Assembly: GCA_964531985.1 (NCBI GenBank)
Contig: CAZHFC010000001.1
Span: 188,871-252,870, forward strand
Direction of reading: 5' to 3'
Length of the DNA stretch: 64,000 nucleotides
Source of the DNA: an uncultured Bacteroidales bacterium
Lineage (GTDB): Bacteria; Bacteroidota; Bacteroidia; Bacteroidales; B18-G4
Positions 52,897 through 64,000 of the stretch are shown here, piece by piece. Positions within the stretch are counted from its first letter, which is position 1, and each line of letters opens with the position of its first letter. Both the position numbers and the translations under genes were made by a program. The notes beneath the pieces are model-generated. The model was not told where the DNA came from. It searched no databases and saw nothing but the letters and a program-made list of their open reading frames with translations.

Positions 52897-54258
52897 CTAC
52901 ATGTTGAATGAAGACCTTCCCTTGATGCGGCCCGATTTTGTCAGGCCTTCGTAATGCCTCATCAGCAGGTGGCTTTCGATCTGCTGCAGTGTGTCGAGGA
53001 CAACCCCGACCAGGATCAGCAGTGATGTGCCACCGTAAAACTGTGCAAATTGCTGGTTCACCCCAACCAGGCTGACCAGTGCGGGCATGATCGCGACCAG
53101 CCCGAGGAAGATCGATCCCGGCAGGGTGATCTTCGACATTACGTTATCGATAAATTCGGCTGTTTTCCTGCCAGGCTTGATGCCGGGGATAAAGCCGCCG
53201 TTCTTTTTCATGTCTTCGGCCATCTGGCTTGGGTTAATGGTGATGGCCGTATAGAAATAGGTGAACAACATGATCATGAAGAAAAAGACCAAATTGTACC
53301 AGAATCCGTTGATATTCGAAAAGGCGGCCACGAAACCCGACATGTCGGTATTGGTGAAGCCTGCTACCGTGAGTGGCAGGAACATGATGGCCTGGGCGAA
53401 AATGATGGGCATTACGCCGGCCGCATTCACCTTGAGCGGGATATACTGGCGTACGCCGCCGTATTGTTTGTTCCCGACAATACGCTTGGCATATTGCACC
53501 GGTATTCGCCGGGTACCCTGTACCAGAAGGATGGTTAGCAGGATCACGAAAACAAGCACGGCGATCTCCAGGATAAAAATAACCATGCCGCCACCCTGTT
53601 CTTCAAGACGTGAGATGAATTCACCCATCAGGGCGAATGGCAGCTGGGCGATAATCCCGATCATAATGATGAGCGATATTCCGTTCCCGATCCCCTTGTC
53701 GGTGATCCTTTCTCCAAGCCACATCACGAACATGGTTCCCGAGATCAGGATCACGGTCGACAACAGCCAGAAGAAGGGTGTTACCGAGGTGCCGGCAAAT
53801 GGCATGATGGCAGTGATGGTACCATCCGGGTTGCGCAACTGGCTAACCAGGTTGGCGATATAGGCCTGTGCCTGGAAGCCTGTTATGAGGATGGTCAGGT
53901 AACGGGTGATCTGGTTGATCTTTTTCCGTCCGCTCTCACCCTCTTTCTGCAGTTTCTGGAAATAGGGGATGGCCATGCCGAGCAACTGCACCACAATGGA
54001 GGCAGAGATATAGGGCATGATCCCGAGGGCAAAAATGGATGCGTTTGAAAATGCACCCCCCGAGAACATGTTGAGCAAGCCAAGCAGCCCGGAGTCGGTC
54101 TGGCTGCGCAGCGCGGCCAGTTCCGACGGGTTTACCCCCGGAAGCACCACATAAGACCCCAAACGGTAGATCAGGATAATACCAATGGTATAAAGGATCC
54201 TGTTCCTGAGTTCCTCGATCTTATAAATGTTCCTTATTGTTTGTATTAACCTTTTCAT
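52897..54258 (-). CDS. secY: preprotein translocase subunit SecY
   Basis: 453 aa, 10 TM helices. LFALGIMPYISASIVVQLL, GERITDKGIGNGISLII. Confidence 0.97.
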   Translation of the reverse strand: MKRLIQTIRNIYKIEELRNRILYTIGIILIYRLGSYVVLPGVNPSELAALRSQTDSGLLGLLNMFSGGAFSNASIFALGIMPYISASIVVQLLGMAIPYFQKLQKEGESGRKKINQITRYLTILITGFQAQAYIANLVSQLRNPDGTITAIMPFAGTSVTPFFWLLSTVILISGTMFVMWLGERITDKGIGNGISLIIMIGIIAQLPFALMGEFISRLEEQGGGMVIFILEIAVLVFVILLTILLVQGTRRIPVQYAKRIVGNKQYGGVRQYIPLKVNAAGVMPIIFAQAIMFLPLTVAGFTNTDMSGFVAAFSNINGFWYNLVFFFMIMLFTYFYTAITINPSQMAEDMKKNGGFIPGIKPGRKTAEFIDNVMSKITLPGSIFLGLVAIMPALVSLVGVNQQFAQFYGGTSLLILVGVVLDTLQQIESHLLMRHYEGLTKSGRIKGRSSFNM

Positions 54259-54264
54259 GAAGCG

Positions 54265-54711
54265 TTAAAGTTTTATTGCAACGCCACCCTGGGCTTCGAT
54301 TGCTTGTATTGCTTTTTCTGAAAATGCATGGGCTTTCACTTCAAGCTTGCTGCTGAGTTCGCCGCGGCCAAGGATCTTGATGAGGTCCTTTTTGGAGGCC
54401 AGCCCGTTGTCGACGAGAACCTGCGGGTCGATGCTGTCAATTTTTTTGGCTTCCACGAGTTTCTGGATGGCATCGATGTTGATGCCATGGTATTCAACCC
54501 TGTTGGGGTTTTTGAACCCGAATTTGGGAATACGCCTGTAGAGGGGCATCTGCCCGCCTTCAAAGCCCGCCTTGCTTTTATAGCCCGACCTTGACTTTGC
54601 GCCTTTGTGCCCGCGCGTTGCGGTGCCTCCTTTGCCGGATCCCTGTCCGCGTGCAATGCGCTTGGGTTTCTTTGTAGCGCCTTTTGCCGGTTTAAGATTG
54701 CCTAAATCCAT
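54265..54711 (-). CDS. rplO: 50S ribosomal protein L15
   Basis: 148 aa. RGQGSGKGGTATRGHKGAKSRSG, GFEGGQMPLYRRIPKFGF. Confidence 0.97.
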   Translation of the reverse strand: MDLGNLKPAKGATKKPKRIARGQGSGKGGTATRGHKGAKSRSGYKSKAGFEGGQMPLYRRIPKFGFKNPNRVEYHGINIDAIQKLVEAKKIDSIDPQVLVDNGLASKKDLIKILGRGELSSKLEVKAHAFSEKAIQAIEAQGGVAIKL

Positions 54712-54732
54712 TTCTATAGTTTCTTTATGCTG

Positions 54733-54939
54733 TTATTTCTTATCTTCCTGTATCTCGATCAGGTGCCTGACCTTTTCGATCATGCCCAGTACCTGGGGGC
54801 TTGCCGAAACCTCAATGGTTTGGTTCAATCTGGTAAAGCCCAGGGCCCGGAGGGTCCTTTTCTGGCGTTCGGGTTTTTTAATACCGCTTCTTACCTGTTT
54901 GATCCTGATCGTTTTTTCTGTTGATTCCTTCTTTGCCAT
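54733..54939 (-). CDS. rpmD: 50S ribosomal protein L30
   Basis: 68 aa from MAKKESTEKTIRIKQVRSGIKKPERQKRTLRALGF. The track ORF begins 6 codons earlier and would run into rpsE. Confidence 0.9.
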   Translation of the reverse strand: MAKKESTEKTIRIKQVRSGIKKPERQKRTLRALGFTRLNQTIEVSASPQVLGMIEKVRHLIEIQEDKK

Positions 54940-54949
54940 GACCGCTTGA

Positions 54950-55468
54950 TTAACCATTGAATACTTTATCTACATCGATACCCCTGAGTTCTGCAACGGT
55001 ATGTGCATCCCTGAGCCTGACAAGGGCGTTGAGGGTGGCCTTGACCACAGAATGGGGATTTGAGGATCCTTTTGACTTTGCCAGCACGTCTCTGATGCCG
55101 ACACTTTCGAGTACGGCACGCATGGCACCCCCGGCGATGACTCCCGTACCCGGGGCGGCCGGCTTGATGAATACCTTCGCACCACTGTATTTGCCGGTTT
55201 GCTCGTGCGGGATGGTCCCGTTGAGAACCGGTACTTTTACAAGGTTCTTCTTGGCGTCGTCAATGCCCTTGGCAATGGCTGAGGTTACCTCCTTCGCCTT
55301 ACCGAGTCCGTGACCGACCACACCGTTTTCGTTTCCGACCACGACAATGGCCGAAAAGCTGAAGGTCCTGCCTCCCTTGGTTACCTTGGTAACACGCTGT
55401 ATGCTGACGAGCCTGTCTTTGAATTCGATCTCGCTTGATTTAACTCTCTTGATGTTAACTTCTGACAT
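54950..55468 (-). CDS. rpsE: 30S ribosomal protein S5
   Basis: 172 aa. [32 protein letters not shown]. Confidence 0.97.
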   Translation of the reverse strand: MSEVNIKRVKSSEIEFKDRLVSIQRVTKVTKGGRTFSFSAIVVVGNENGVVGHGLGKAKEVTSAIAKGIDDAKKNLVKVPVLNGTIPHEQTGKYSGAKVFIKPAAPGTGVIAGGAMRAVLESVGIRDVLAKSKGSSNPHSVVKATLNALVRLRDAHTVAELRGIDVDKVFNG

Positions 55469-55473
55469 AATCT

Positions 55474-55842
55474 TTAAAATTTAAGGCCACCTTCGCGGGC
55501 AGCATCTGCCAATGATTTAATTCTTCCGTGGTACAGATAGCCGTTCCTGTCGAAGATAACCGTTTCGATACCGGCTTCTTTGGCCCTTTCGGCAATCAGG
55601 TGGCCGACCAGCTTGGATTGCTCGATTTTGTTAACTTTTTTATCGGCGATCCCTTTTTCGCGGGAAGATGCAGAGGCAATGGTTTTGCCTTCCATATCGT
55701 CGACCAACTGGGCATAGATCTCTTTGTTGCTCCTGAATACCGTCAGCCTGGGCGTTTCAGCCGTGCCCGGGCTCAGCGATTTGCGGATACGCATCCTGAT
55801 CCTGTACCTTCTGAACTGTTTCCTGTCTTTTATTTTTTTCAT
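55474..55842 (-). CDS. rplR: 50S ribosomal protein L18
   Basis: 122 aa. [45 protein letters not shown]. Confidence 0.96.
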   Translation of the reverse strand: MKKIKDRKQFRRYRIRMRIRKSLSPGTAETPRLTVFRSNKEIYAQLVDDMEGKTIASASSREKGIADKKVNKIEQSKLVGHLIAERAKEAGIETVIFDRNGYLYHGRIKSLADAAREGGLKF

Positions 55843-55872
55843 CCTTCCAGGATTTATAATTCTTGATTAATA

Positions 55873-56427
55873 CTATTCTGCTGCAGCCTTACCTGCTTTC
55901 CTCCTGATCTGTTCGCCTTTGAACAGTATCCCTTTCCCCTTATAAGGTTCGGGCGGCCTGAAAGACCTGATCTTGGCGGCTACCTGCCCGATCAGTTGTT
56001 TGTCGTGCGATTTTAGCGTGATCAGCGGGTTTTTCCCTCTTTCCGTAATGGTTTCGATCGATACTTCAGGGGGCAGCTCAAGAAAAATACTGTGTGAATA
56101 TCCAAGGGCAAGTTCCAGCAACTGCCCCTGGGCGTTGGCTTTATAACCGACACCTACGAGTTCCTGCTGGATGGTATAGCCTTCAGATACACCAACCACC
56201 ATATTGTTGATGAGTGCACGTGTGAGGCCGTGCTGGGCTTTGTGTTCCTTTGATTCACTCGGCCTTTCGATACTCAGGATACCGTCTTCAATTTTCAGCA
56301 TCATGTCTTTGTTAAGCTGTTGCTGAAGTTCTCCCAGCTTACCTTTTACGCTAACCATATTGTCGTCCGAAATGCTGATGTCAACACCTTCGGGGATCGT
56401 GACGGGCAATTTTCCTATACGTGACAT
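55873..56427 (-). CDS. rplF: 50S ribosomal protein L6
   Basis: 184 aa. MSRIGKLPVTIPEGV, PPEPYKGKGI. Confidence 0.97.
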   Translation of the reverse strand: MSRIGKLPVTIPEGVDISISDDNMVSVKGKLGELQQQLNKDMMLKIEDGILSIERPSESKEHKAQHGLTRALINNMVVGVSEGYTIQQELVGVGYKANAQGQLLELALGYSHSIFLELPPEVSIETITERGKNPLITLKSHDKQLIGQVAAKIRSFRPPEPYKGKGILFKGEQIRRKAGKAAAE

Positions 56428-56442
56428 ATTTTTACTCCTTCA

Positions 56443-56844
56443 TTAACTTACGTAACAAATAACTTCGCCTCCAACATGTTCGTTTTTGGCTTCCTTGTCG
56501 GTCATCACCCCTTTGGACGTAGACAGGATGGCAATGCCAAGCCCGTTCATGACCCTGGGGAGCTGGTCGGCATTGACGAATTTCCTCAAACCGGGTTTGC
56601 TGATCCGTTCAAGGCTTCTGATGGCCGACTGTTTGGTTACCGGATGATATTTCAGGGCAATTTTAATGGCCCCCTGATTGGTTTCTTCGTTCTCAACGAA
56701 TTTATAATTCAGAATATAGCCTTTCTCGAACAATATCTTCGTAATATCTTTTTTGATATTGGATGCGGGGATCTCAACGATCCGGTGTTTGGCCATGACC
56801 GCATTTCTTACCCTGGTTAAATAATCTGCAATTGGATCTGTCAT
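56443..56844 (-). CDS. rpsH: 30S ribosomal protein S8
   Basis: 133 aa. [40 protein letters not shown]. Confidence 0.97.
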   Translation of the reverse strand: MTDPIADYLTRVRNAVMAKHRIVEIPASNIKKDITKILFEKGYILNYKFVENEETNQGAIKIALKYHPVTKQSAIRSLERISKPGLRKFVNADQLPRVMNGLGIAILSTSKGVMTDKEAKNEHVGGEVICYVS

Positions 56845-56866
56845 CTCGAATATTCGTTAATTGTTA

Positions 56867-57136
56867 TTACCAGCTAGCTTTCTTTATGCCAGGGATCAGT
56901 CCCTGAAGGGCCATTTCCCTGAAATTGATACGGGAGATCCCAAACTGGCGCATATAGCCTTTTGGCCTTCCCGTGAGGCTGCACCTGTTGTGCAGTCGTA
57001 CCGGCGACGCATTTTTGGGTAACTTTTGCAAGCCTGCATAGTCACCTTTTTCGAGCAGTTCGGCCCTTTTGGCTGCATATTTTGCAACCAGCCTTGCCCT
57101 TTTAACTTCGCGGGCTTTCATTGATTCCTTAGCCAT
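56867..57136 (-). CDS. rpsN: 30S ribosomal protein S14 (long, non-zinc form)
   Basis: 89 aa. [49 protein letters not shown]. Confidence 0.96.
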   Translation of the reverse strand: MAKESMKAREVKRARLVAKYAAKRAELLEKGDYAGLQKLPKNASPVRLHNRCSLTGRPKGYMRQFGISRINFREMALQGLIPGIKKASW

Positions 57137-57139
57137 ATT

Positions 57140-57697
57140 CTAAATATTTTGATTTTTAAACGGTAAACCGAATTCTTTTAAAAGGGCCAGTGCTTCCTGG
57201 TCGTTCCTGGCCGAAGTAACAATGGTTATATTCATTCCATTGATGCTGTTGATCTTGTCAAGGTCGATCTCGGGAAAGATGATCTGTTCGGAAACCCCGA
57301 AAGAATAGTTACCCTTGCCATCAAAGCCTTTGTCATTGATGCCCCTGAAGTCCCTGATCCTGGGGATGGCCACGGAGATCAGCCTGTCAAGAAACTCATA
57401 CATCTTGTCTCCGCGAAGGGTGACCCTTGCACCGATGGGCATTCCCTTACGGACCTTGAAATTTGAAATGTCTTTCTTCGACTTGGTTATTACGGCACGC
57501 TGCCCGGTGATCATGGTCAGTTCTTCAATGCCTGCGTCAAGTATCTTTTTGTCGACAATGGCCTTGCCAAGTCCCTGGTTGATGGAGATCTTCTCAATTT
57601 TGGGCACTTCCATCCGGTTCTGGAAATTGAACTGTTTGGTCAGTGCGGGAACGATCTCCTCAACATATTTGCTTCTGAGTCTGGGTGTGTATTTCAT
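57140..57697 (-). CDS. rplE: 50S ribosomal protein L5
   Basis: 185 aa. [30 protein letters not shown]. Confidence 0.97.
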   Translation of the reverse strand: MKYTPRLRSKYVEEIVPALTKQFNFQNRMEVPKIEKISINQGLGKAIVDKKILDAGIEELTMITGQRAVITKSKKDISNFKVRKGMPIGARVTLRGDKMYEFLDRLISVAIPRIRDFRGINDKGFDGKGNYSFGVSEQIIFPEIDLDKINSINGMNITIVTSARNDQEALALLKEFGLPFKNQNI

Positions 57698-58020
57698 TAC
57701 TTGATGACCTCCCCTGATTTTTTTGAATAACGGACCAGTTTGCTGGTCTTTTCATCTGTTTTTCTTCCAATGCGGGTGGGCGTACCTTTGCTGTCGACCA
57801 CTTTAAGGTTCGACAGGTGGATAAGGGCCTCTTTCTTGATGATCCCGCCCTTGGGATTCTTGGCGTTGGGCCGGGTGTGTTTGCTCACCTGGTTGATGCC
57901 TTCCACAATGGCTTTGTTGGCTTTGGGATCAACGAGCAGCACGCGGCCCTGTTTCCCTTTCGATTCGCCGGCAATCACCATTACCGTGTCGCCTTTTTTG
58001 ATATGCAGTTTACTTGCCAT
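57697..58020 (-). CDS. rplX: 50S ribosomal protein L24
   Basis: 107 aa. [25 protein letters not shown] (KOW motif). Confidence 0.96.
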   Translation of the reverse strand: MASKLHIKKGDTVMVIAGESKGKQGRVLLVDPKANKAIVEGINQVSKHTRPNAKNPKGGIIKKEALIHLSNLKVVDSKGTPTRIGRKTDEKTSKLVRYSKKSGEVIK

Positions 58021-58043
58021 TTGTTTACCTGTATTGTATTTCG

Positions 58044-58412
58044 CTAGAGCACTTCTGGTGCCAGTGAAACGATTTTCATGAATTTTTTGTCTCTCAGTTC
58101 CCTGGCTACGGGGCCGAAAATACGGGTTCCGATCATTTCGCCTGAGTTATTGAGCAGCACCACGGCATTGTCGTCGAAACGAATGTATGAGCCATCCTGG
58201 CGCCTGATCTCTTTTTTTGTTCTTACAACAACAGCTTTGATCACGGTCCCCTTTTTGATGTTGCCTGAGGGCAGGGCATTTTTAACAGTCACCACGATCT
58301 GGTCGCCGATGGAGGCATACCTTTTGCCGGTGCCGCCAAGAACCCTGATGCAGAGCACTTCTTTTGCGCCGCTGTTATCAGCTACCGTCAGTCTTGATTC
58401 TTGTTGTACCAT
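58044..58412 (-). CDS. rplN: 50S ribosomal protein L14
   Basis: 122 aa. [27 protein letters not shown]. Confidence 0.97.
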   Translation of the reverse strand: MVQQESRLTVADNSGAKEVLCIRVLGGTGKRYASIGDQIVVTVKNALPSGNIKKGTVIKAVVVRTKKEIRRQDGSYIRFDDNAVVLLNNSGEMIGTRIFGPVARELRDKKFMKIVSLAPEVL

Positions 58413-58413
58413 A

Positions 58414-58668
58414 TTATTTAGCTCTTTCTATGATTTCTACTAACCTCCAGCATTTGTTTTTGCTCAGGGGCCTGGTTTCGCTGATACGAACGGTATCGCC
58501 AATATTGCAATCGTTCTTTTCATCGTGTGCAATAAGCCGTTTGGATTTTTTTACGAACTTGCCGTATATGGGGTGCTTCACATTACGGATTACCTGCACC
58601 ACAATGGATTTATCCATCTTATTGCTCACAATAACCCCGATTCGTTCTTTTCTAAGATTTCTTTCCAT
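58414..58668 (-). CDS. rpsQ: 30S ribosomal protein S17
   Basis: 84 aa from [24 protein letters not shown]...[32 protein letters not shown]. The longer track ORF (to 58773) overlaps rpmC. Confidence 0.93.
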   Translation of the reverse strand: MERNLRKERIGVIVSNKMDKSIVVQVIRNVKHPIYGKFVKKSKRLIAHDEKNDCNIGDTVRISETRPLSKNKCWRLVEIIERAK

Positions 58669-58672
58669 CTTG

Positions 58673-58882
58673 TTATGACTTTTTTTGGGCTTCTTCAATT
58701 TGTCTTCTTCTGAGTTCCGTTTCCATCCTGGCGATGGTTTTTTTGTAGAACCTGATCTTATTGGGATTTTCAAGAGGGGAAACGGAATGGTTAAGCTTCA
58801 GCCTCACCAGCTGTTTTTTCTCTTCTTCGAGGCGTTCGGTCAACTCGGCAGTTCCCAGTTCTCTGATAACTTTTTGTTCCAT
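58673..58882 (-). CDS. rpmC: 50S ribosomal protein L29
   Basis: 69 aa. [20 protein letters not shown]; position between rplP and rpsQ. Confidence 0.93.
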   Translation of the reverse strand: MEQKVIRELGTAELTERLEEEKKQLVRLKLNHSVSPLENPNKIRFYKKTIARMETELRRRQIEEAQKKS

Positions 58883-58902
58883 GATTGAAGCTGTATTTTT
58901 TC

Positions 58903-59322
58903 TTATTCAGTATAATCTCTTCTGACTACCATTTTACATTTTACCGGCAATTTCTGGGAGGCGAGCCTGAGGGCTTCGCGGGCTACTTCGAGCGACACTC
59001 CCTCTGCTTCAAAAAGCATCCTGCCGGGGGTTACGCGGGCAACGAAATACTCCGGCGATCCTTTACCCTTACCCATACGGACTTCAGCGGGTTTTTTGGT
59101 AACAGGCTTGTCGGGGAAGATCCTGATCCATATCTGTCCTTCACGTTTCATATAACGTGTAACAGCCTGTCGGGCAGCTTCGATTTGCCGGCCTGTAATC
59201 CAACCCGATTCGAGTGTTTTGATGCCGAAGGAGCCGAAAGCAAGTTGATGGCCTCTTCCGGCGTTGCCTTTCATTTTTCCTTTTTGCTGCTTCCTGTATT
59301 TTGTTTTCTTTGGCTGTAGCAT
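58903..59322 (-). CDS. rplP: 50S ribosomal protein L16
   Basis: 139 aa. [25 protein letters not shown]. Confidence 0.97.
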   Translation of the reverse strand: MLQPKKTKYRKQQKGKMKGNAGRGHQLAFGSFGIKTLESGWITGRQIEAARQAVTRYMKREGQIWIRIFPDKPVTKKPAEVRMGKGKGSPEYFVARVTPGRMLFEAEGVSLEVAREALRLASQKLPVKCKMVVRRDYTE

Positions 59323-59354
59323 TTCTGTCTGGATATTAAAAAATTATACAAATC

Positions 59355-60065
59355 CTATCTTCTCCGGGGTCCCGGGCGTCCGGCTTTGCGCGGAGCCTGT
59401 TTTTTGGGGCCCTCGCTCATCGTGGGCACCAGTTCGGGTTTACCGTATATTTCGCCCTTGCAGATCCATACCTTGATGCCGATGCGGCCATAGGTGGTAT
59501 GGGCTTCGATCTTTGCGTAGTCAATATCGGCACGAAGGGTGTGCAGCGGAATACGTCCTTCCTTGTATTGTTCGTTGCGGGCCATTTCAGCTCCGCCCAG
59601 CCTGCCCGAGATCACAACCTTGATCCCTTCGGCACCTATGCGCATGGTGGAAGCGATGGCCGTTTTGATGGCACGCCTGAACGAGATCCTGCCTTCGATC
59701 TGCTTGGCAATGGAATTGGCCACGATGCTGGCATCGAGCTCAGGACGTTTGATCTCGGAAATGTTGATCTGGATCTCTTTTTTGGTCAGCTTTTTCAATT
59801 CCTCTTTCAACTTGTCCACTTCCGTGCCGCCTTTGCCGATGATGATGCCCGGGCGGGCCGTGAAAATAGTCACGGTAACCAGCTTCAGCGTCCGCTCAAT
59901 AATGATCTTGGAGATACCGGCCTTTGCCAGACGGGCATTGAGGTACTGGCGGATCTTATTATCTTCGAGCAGTTTGCTGCCGAAATCCCTGCCACCATAC
60001 CAATTGGAATCCCATCCTTTGATGATTCCCAGACGAAGACCTATCGGATTAGTTTTTTGTCCCAT
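59355..60065 (-). CDS. rpsC: 30S ribosomal protein S3
   Basis: 236 aa. [24 protein letters not shown], basic tail. Confidence 0.97.
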   Translation of the reverse strand: MGQKTNPIGLRLGIIKGWDSNWYGGRDFGSKLLEDNKIRQYLNARLAKAGISKIIIERTLKLVTVTIFTARPGIIIGKGGTEVDKLKEELKKLTKKEIQINISEIKRPELDASIVANSIAKQIEGRISFRRAIKTAIASTMRIGAEGIKVVISGRLGGAEMARNEQYKEGRIPLHTLRADIDYAKIEAHTTYGRIGIKVWICKGEIYGKPELVPTMSEGPKKQAPRKAGRPGPRRR

Positions 60066-60089
60066 TAATATTCTGTTTTGTTTTGATGT

Positions 60090-60500
60090 TTAATTTTCGT
60101 TAATCATTACCCTCCTGTCAAGCACCAGCGTAACATGGTTTGAACGCTTCCTGATCCTGTGCGCCCTTCCCTGGGGGGCAGTCCGTATCCGTTTCAGCAT
60201 CCTTCCGCTGTCAACGAATATTTCCTTTATGTAAAGATCACTCTCTTCAATCCTTACTCCTTCATTTTTGCTTTGCCAGTTCGCAATGGCCGAACGCAGC
60301 AACTTATGCACCCTGACGGCAGCCTCTTTGGGCGTGTGTTCGAGGTAGCCAAGCGCTGACATTACATCCATTCCCCTCACCAGGTCAGCAACGAGTCTCA
60401 TTTTCCTGGGGGAGGTGGGGCAGTTGTTTAATTTGGCAAAGTATTCGGTTTTCTTTGCTTCCTTAACCTGCTCCGCGCGATTTCTTTTTCTTGCTCCCAT
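60090..60500 (-). CDS. rplV: 50S ribosomal protein L22
   Basis: 136 aa. [32 protein letters not shown]. Confidence 0.96.
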   Translation of the reverse strand: MGARKRNRAEQVKEAKKTEYFAKLNNCPTSPRKMRLVADLVRGMDVMSALGYLEHTPKEAAVRVHKLLRSAIANWQSKNEGVRIEESDLYIKEIFVDSGRMLKRIRTAPQGRAHRIRKRSNHVTLVLDRRVMINEN

Positions 60501-60526
60501 TATATTGTGCTCTTTATGGTTTCAAA

Positions 60527-60805
60527 TTATCTTCTGCCTTTATCCTTGTTGCCGGCATGACCCCTGAACTGCCGGGTGGGGGCAAACTCCCCGAGTTTAT
60601 GTCCGACCATGTTCTCGGTAATGTATACCGGAATGAATTTGTTCCCGTTGTGGACCGCAATGGTCAGCCCGACAAAATCCGGTGATATCATAGATGCCCT
60701 CGACCAGGTTTTGATAACAGTTTTTTTACTGCTGGCAGCCTGTTCCAGAACTTTTTTTTCCAGTTTGTAGTGTATATAGGGTCCTTTTTTTAATGAACGG
60801 CTCAT
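60527..60805 (-). CDS. rpsS: 30S ribosomal protein S19
   Basis: 92 aa. [27 protein letters not shown]. Confidence 0.97.
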   Translation of the reverse strand: MSRSLKKGPYIHYKLEKKVLEQAASSKKTVIKTWSRASMISPDFVGLTIAVHNGNKFIPVYITENMVGHKLGEFAPTRQFRGHAGNKDKGRR

Positions 60806-60821
60806 GATATGATGCGATTAA

Positions 60822-61646
60822 TTATTTTTTACGTTTTTCAATAATGTATTTGTTGGATTGATTCTTTTTAGCCCGGGTTTTGTAGCCTTTTGCCGGGATT
60901 CCTTTCCTCGACCTGGGGTGTCCGCCCGAGGCTTTTCCTTCGCCGCCGCCCATGGGATGGTCAACCGGGTTCATGGCAACGCCACGGGTCCTTGGGCGCC
61001 GTCCGAGCCAGCGCGTCCTGCCTGCCTTGCCTGATTTTTCAAGCTGATGGTCGACATTTGAGGCCATGCCGATGGTAGCCTTACAGGTCTGAAGGATCAT
61101 CCTGGTTTCACCCGAAGGGAGTTTCACAACGGCAAACTTCCCGTCCCTGCTCATGAACTGGGCATAGGAGCCGGCACTGCGTGCAAGCTTGGCTCCTTCG
61201 CCGGGACGAAGTTCAATGTTGTGAATGATGGTTCCAAATGGCACCTCGCTCAGATACATGGTATTTCCGATATTCGGTGCAACACCTCTTCCCGAGACCA
61301 CTTCCTGGCCCACTTCGAGCCCGTGCGGGGCAATGATGTACCGTTTCTCGCCGTCGGCATAGTAGAGGAGGGCGATCCTGGCAGTACGGTTTGGGTCATA
61401 TTCAATCGATTTTACCTTAGCAGGGATGTTTTCCTTCTCCCGCTTGAAATCGATAAACCTGTACCGCTGCTTATGCCCGCCGCCTCTGTAACGGACAGTC
61501 ATTTTACCTTCACTGTTCCTGCCACCGCTTTGCTTGATGGGAGCCAGCAGGCTCTTTTCAGGGGTGCTTTTCGTGATGTCGTCGAAAGCGCTGATGATCT
61601 TGAAGCGCTGACTGGGTGTTGTCGGTCTGTATTTCTTTAAAGCCAT
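60822..61646 (-). CDS. rplB: 50S ribosomal protein L2
   Basis: 274 aa. [34 protein letters not shown]. Confidence 0.97.
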   Translation of the reverse strand: MALKKYRPTTPSQRFKIISAFDDITKSTPEKSLLAPIKQSGGRNSEGKMTVRYRGGGHKQRYRFIDFKREKENIPAKVKSIEYDPNRTARIALLYYADGEKRYIIAPHGLEVGQEVVSGRGVAPNIGNTMYLSEVPFGTIIHNIELRPGEGAKLARSAGSYAQFMSRDGKFAVVKLPSGETRMILQTCKATIGMASNVDHQLEKSGKAGRTRWLGRRPRTRGVAMNPVDHPMGGGEGKASGGHPRSRKGIPAKGYKTRAKKNQSNKYIIEKRKK

Positions 61647-61650
61647 TTAT

Positions 61651-61941
61651 CTAAATATTGCTGTAAAAATCAATTGTTTCACCTTCGGCCAGTGTAATGA
61701 TGGCCTTTTTGTAGGATGCCGTTTTACCGCTGATGATCCCGGTTTTGGTGTACCTCGATTTGTTTTTTCCTTTGATGGTCATCGTGTTCACGCTCTCGAC
61801 TTCCACACCATACAATTCCTCAACGGCCTGTTTGATCTGAAGCTTATTGGCTTTCCTGGCCACGATGAATCCGTAACGGTTCAGGTTCTCGCCCAGTCCC
61901 GTCATTTTTTCCGTGATCACCGGTTTTAAGATGATATCCAT
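61651..61941 (-). CDS. rplW: 50S ribosomal protein L23
   Basis: 96 aa. ILKPVITEK, KKAIITL; operon position. Confidence 0.95.
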   Translation of the reverse strand: MDIILKPVITEKMTGLGENLNRYGFIVARKANKLQIKQAVEELYGVEVESVNTMTIKGKNKSRYTKTGIISGKTASYKKAIITLAEGETIDFYSNI

Positions 61942-61960
61942 TTTGTTACTGATATTATGG

Positions 61961-62587
61961 TTATGCTAAAATCTTTTCAATTTCCTTTACCGAACTTTCA
62001 ATGAGCAAAAGCTTATTGGCATTCAGAATATCGTAGGTATTCAGGTCATCGGCTTTTACTACCTTGGCTTTTTGCAGGTTTCTGGCCGACAGGATGATGT
62101 TGTCGTTCGATTCCGGCAATACCAGCAGTATCTTTTTGTCGTTGAGATCGAATTGCCCGAGCATTTCGGTAAACTGTTTTGTTTTGGGCTGTTCAAAACT
62201 GAAGTCTTCGAGGATGATCAGTTCCTGGTCTTTGGCTTTGTAGGCCAGTGCTGAACGGCGGGCAAGCTTTTTCACTTTTTTGTTCAGTTTAAAGCCGTAA
62301 TCCCTCGGCTGGGGTCCGAATATTCTGCCGCCACCCCTGAAAAGAGGGTTTTTGATATCGCCAAAACGCGCAGATCCGGTGCCTTTTTGCCGCTTGATCT
62401 TCCGTGTGCTGCCTTTAACGGCATTACGTTCCTTGCTGCTATGTGTTCCCTGCCGCCTGTTGGCCATGATCTGCCTGATGTCGAGCCATATGGCGTGGTC
62501 GTTGGGTTCAATGCCGAAGATCTCGTCGTTCAGGCTGACCTTCTTCGAGCTCTTCTGTCCGTTTGTTTTATATATTTCTAGCTCCAT
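61961..62587 (-). CDS. rplD: 50S ribosomal protein L4
   Basis: 208 aa. [38 protein letters not shown]. Confidence 0.96.
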   Translation of the reverse strand: MELEIYKTNGQKSSKKVSLNDEIFGIEPNDHAIWLDIRQIMANRRQGTHSSKERNAVKGSTRKIKRQKGTGSARFGDIKNPLFRGGGRIFGPQPRDYGFKLNKKVKKLARRSALAYKAKDQELIILEDFSFEQPKTKQFTEMLGQFDLNDKKILLVLPESNDNIILSARNLQKAKVVKADDLNTYDILNANKLLLIESSVKEIEKILA

Positions 62588-63207
62588 CTTTCAACAATTA
62601 CATATGAACCATTGGGGCCGGGTACGGCACCTTTAACTAAAAGCAGGTTTTTTTCAGGGATGATCTTGACAACCTGCAGGTTGATCAGCTTAACCCTTTT
62701 GTTCCCGGTCTGGCCGGCCATGCGCATCCCTTTGAAAACCCTCGACGGGTATGATGAAGCGCCGATAGATCCCGGTGCACGCATCCTGTTGTGCTGCCCG
62801 TGCGTGGCATCATTCACCCCGGCAAAGCCATGGCGTTTTACCACTCCCTGAAATCCTTTCCCCTTGCTGACACCGACTACATCAATGTATTCGCCTTCAA
62901 CAAAGATGTCGACGGTAAGCTGGTCGCCGAATTTCTTCTGGTGTCCGGGCTCAAACCTGGTGAACTCCCTGACTATCCGTTTGGGACTTACACCGGATTT
63001 TGCAAAATGTCCTTTCATGGCCCGGCTGGTATGCTTTTCCTTTTTTTCGTCGAAGGCAAGCTGGATGGCATCGTAACCGTCTTTTTCCTTTGTCTTTACC
63101 TGGGTAACGACACAGGGGCCCGCTTCAATCACGGTGCAGGGTATGTTTTTGCCGGCATCGTCAAAGATGCTGGTCATCCCGATTTTTTTACCAATTATTC
63201 CTGACAT
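62578..63207 (-). CDS. rplC: 50S ribosomal protein L3
   Basis: 209 aa. [26 protein letters not shown]. Confidence 0.97.
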   Translation of the reverse strand: MSGIIGKKIGMTSIFDDAGKNIPCTVIEAGPCVVTQVKTKEKDGYDAIQLAFDEKKEKHTSRAMKGHFAKSGVSPKRIVREFTRFEPGHQKKFGDQLTVDIFVEGEYIDVVGVSKGKGFQGVVKRHGFAGVNDATHGQHNRMRAPGSIGASSYPSRVFKGMRMAGQTGNKRVKLINLQVVKIIPEKNLLLVKGAVPGPNGSYVIVERWS

Positions 63208-63228
63208 TATTCTATCGTTTATACTTTA

Positions 63229-63534
63229 TCATACTTTGATCTCAACTTCAACGCCACTCGGGAGTTCCAGCTTCATCAGGGCATCAATGGTCTTGCTGGT
63301 GGTACTGTATATATCCAGCAACCTTTTGTAGGAGCAGAGCTGAAATTGTTCTCTTGCCTTCTTGTTTACAAAGGTGGACCTGTTTACCGTGAAGATCTGC
63401 TTGTTTGTTGGCAGCGGGATCGGGCCGCTTACCACAGCCCCGGTGGATTTTACGGTTTTTACGATCTTTTCGGCCGATTTGTCGACCAAATTGTAATCGT
63501 ACGATTTTAGTTTAATTCTGATCCTCTGGCTCAC
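63229..63534 (-). CDS. rpsJ: 30S ribosomal protein S10
   Basis: 101 aa. [24 protein letters not shown]. Confidence 0.97.
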   Translation of the reverse strand: MSQRIRIKLKSYDYNLVDKSAEKIVKTVKSTGAVVSGPIPLPTNKQIFTVNRSTFVNKKAREQFQLCSYKRLLDIYSTTSKTIDALMKLELPSGVEVEIKV

Positions 63535-63561
63535 GTTTTTATTTATTTACGGTCTGGTTGA

Positions 63562-64000
63562 TTAATAATTAACTACGTATCCTTTTATTTTATAAAGCAC
63601 TTCATCCAGGATCTCTTTCGGCAATTCGGCGTAATGTGAGAATTCCAGGTTGGCGTTGCCGCGGCCTGAAGTCAGGGTACGCAAAATGGTTACGTAACCG
63701 AACATTTCGGCCAATGGTGCTTTGGCTTTGATTTCCTGCAGGCGGTTTATTGTTCTTAGTCCTTCGACCTGCCCGCGGCGTTTGTTCAGGTCGCTTGTAA
63801 CTTCGCCCACGTATTCGTCGGGGGTGGTCACAACCACCCGCATGATGGGCTCCAACAATACCGGCCCGGCTTTTTTGCAGGCTTCCCTGAAGGCAATGCC
63901 TGCGGCGGCTTCAAATGAAAGCGCATCGGAGTCGACCGGATGGTGGTTGCCGGCGGTAAGCCTGACTTTCAGGCTTTCCATCTGGAAACCGGCCAGCACG
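63562..64000 (-). CDS. fusA: elongation factor G, C-terminal portion (the gene starts beyond the window end)
   Basis: The frame is open to the window edge. EF-G domain IV/V motifs: LLEPIMRVVVTTPDEYVGEVTSDLNKRRGQVEG, LAEMFGYVTILRTLTSGRGNANLEFSHY. Confidence 0.93.
   Translation of the reverse strand, partial: VLAGFQMESLKVRLTAGNHHPVDSDALSFEAAAGIAFREACKKAGPVLLEPIMRVVVTTPDEYVGEVTSDLNKRRGQVEGLRTINRLQEIKAKAPLAEMFGYVTILRTLTSGRGNANLEFSHYAELPKEILDEVLYKIKGYVVNY

Noticed and set aside
58669-58773. A 35-codon N-terminal extension of rpsQ in the ORF track.
   Set aside because: It overlaps rpmC completely in another frame. The canonical S17 begins at [11 protein letters not shown] (58668), right after the rpmC stop.

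Overview
This is a 64-kb chromosomal segment that looks like Bacteroidota. Five proteins end in a type-A T9SS C-terminal sorting domain. SecD and SecF are fused. A complete Bat/MoxR aerotolerance-type operon is present. Genes are preceded by TAnnTTTG -7 boxes rather than Shine-Dalgarno sites.

I support about 62 protein-coding genes. Two of them (rpmJ and a 46-aa lipoprotein) fall below the ORF-track size cutoff, and one (OmpA-like, 1-932) runs off the window edge and is also missing from the track. There is one frameshifted gene (ung). I recognised no tRNA, rRNA, CRISPR array, transposase, integrase or phage genes.

Layout, left to right:
- OmpA-like (partial), tatA, secDF, hldD.
- Two tandem lysyl-endopeptidase-like S1 proteases with PKD domains and T9SS tails.
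- rluD, an unknown 717-aa T9SS cargo protein and a stand-alone PASTA protein, divergent from ddl; then rdgB.
- An Omp85-like / FadL-like / SGNH-lipoprotein cluster.
- Frameshifted ung, then a small lipoprotein and a 266-aa hypothetical protein.
- Two T9SS cargo proteins (FN3-like repeats; BNR/Asp-box propeller), then pepC.
- The eight-gene Bat operon: moxR, DUF58, a membrane protein, batA-E.
- merR, an M23 peptidase, alaS.
- A cytoplasmic 5-PAS hybrid histidine kinase, a REC-LuxR regulator and a K+ channel.
- eno, then the alpha/spc/S10 ribosomal superoperon (rplQ back to rpsJ) and the 3' end of fusA, all on the minus strand.

Verdict: most of the window is conserved housekeeping DNA. I see no convincing mobile, defence or clearly novel multi-gene system. 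The observations most worth a second look are:
- the homopolymer frameshift in ung;
- the uncharacterised Omp85/FadL/SGNH outer-membrane cluster;
- the Bat operon, whose BatC has a Q/D-rich tail;
- the small unlisted lipoprotein gene;
- the Cys/His motif in one PAS domain of the hybrid kinase;
- the long acidic tail on L17.

All calls come from reading motifs by eye. No alignments or database searches were run.
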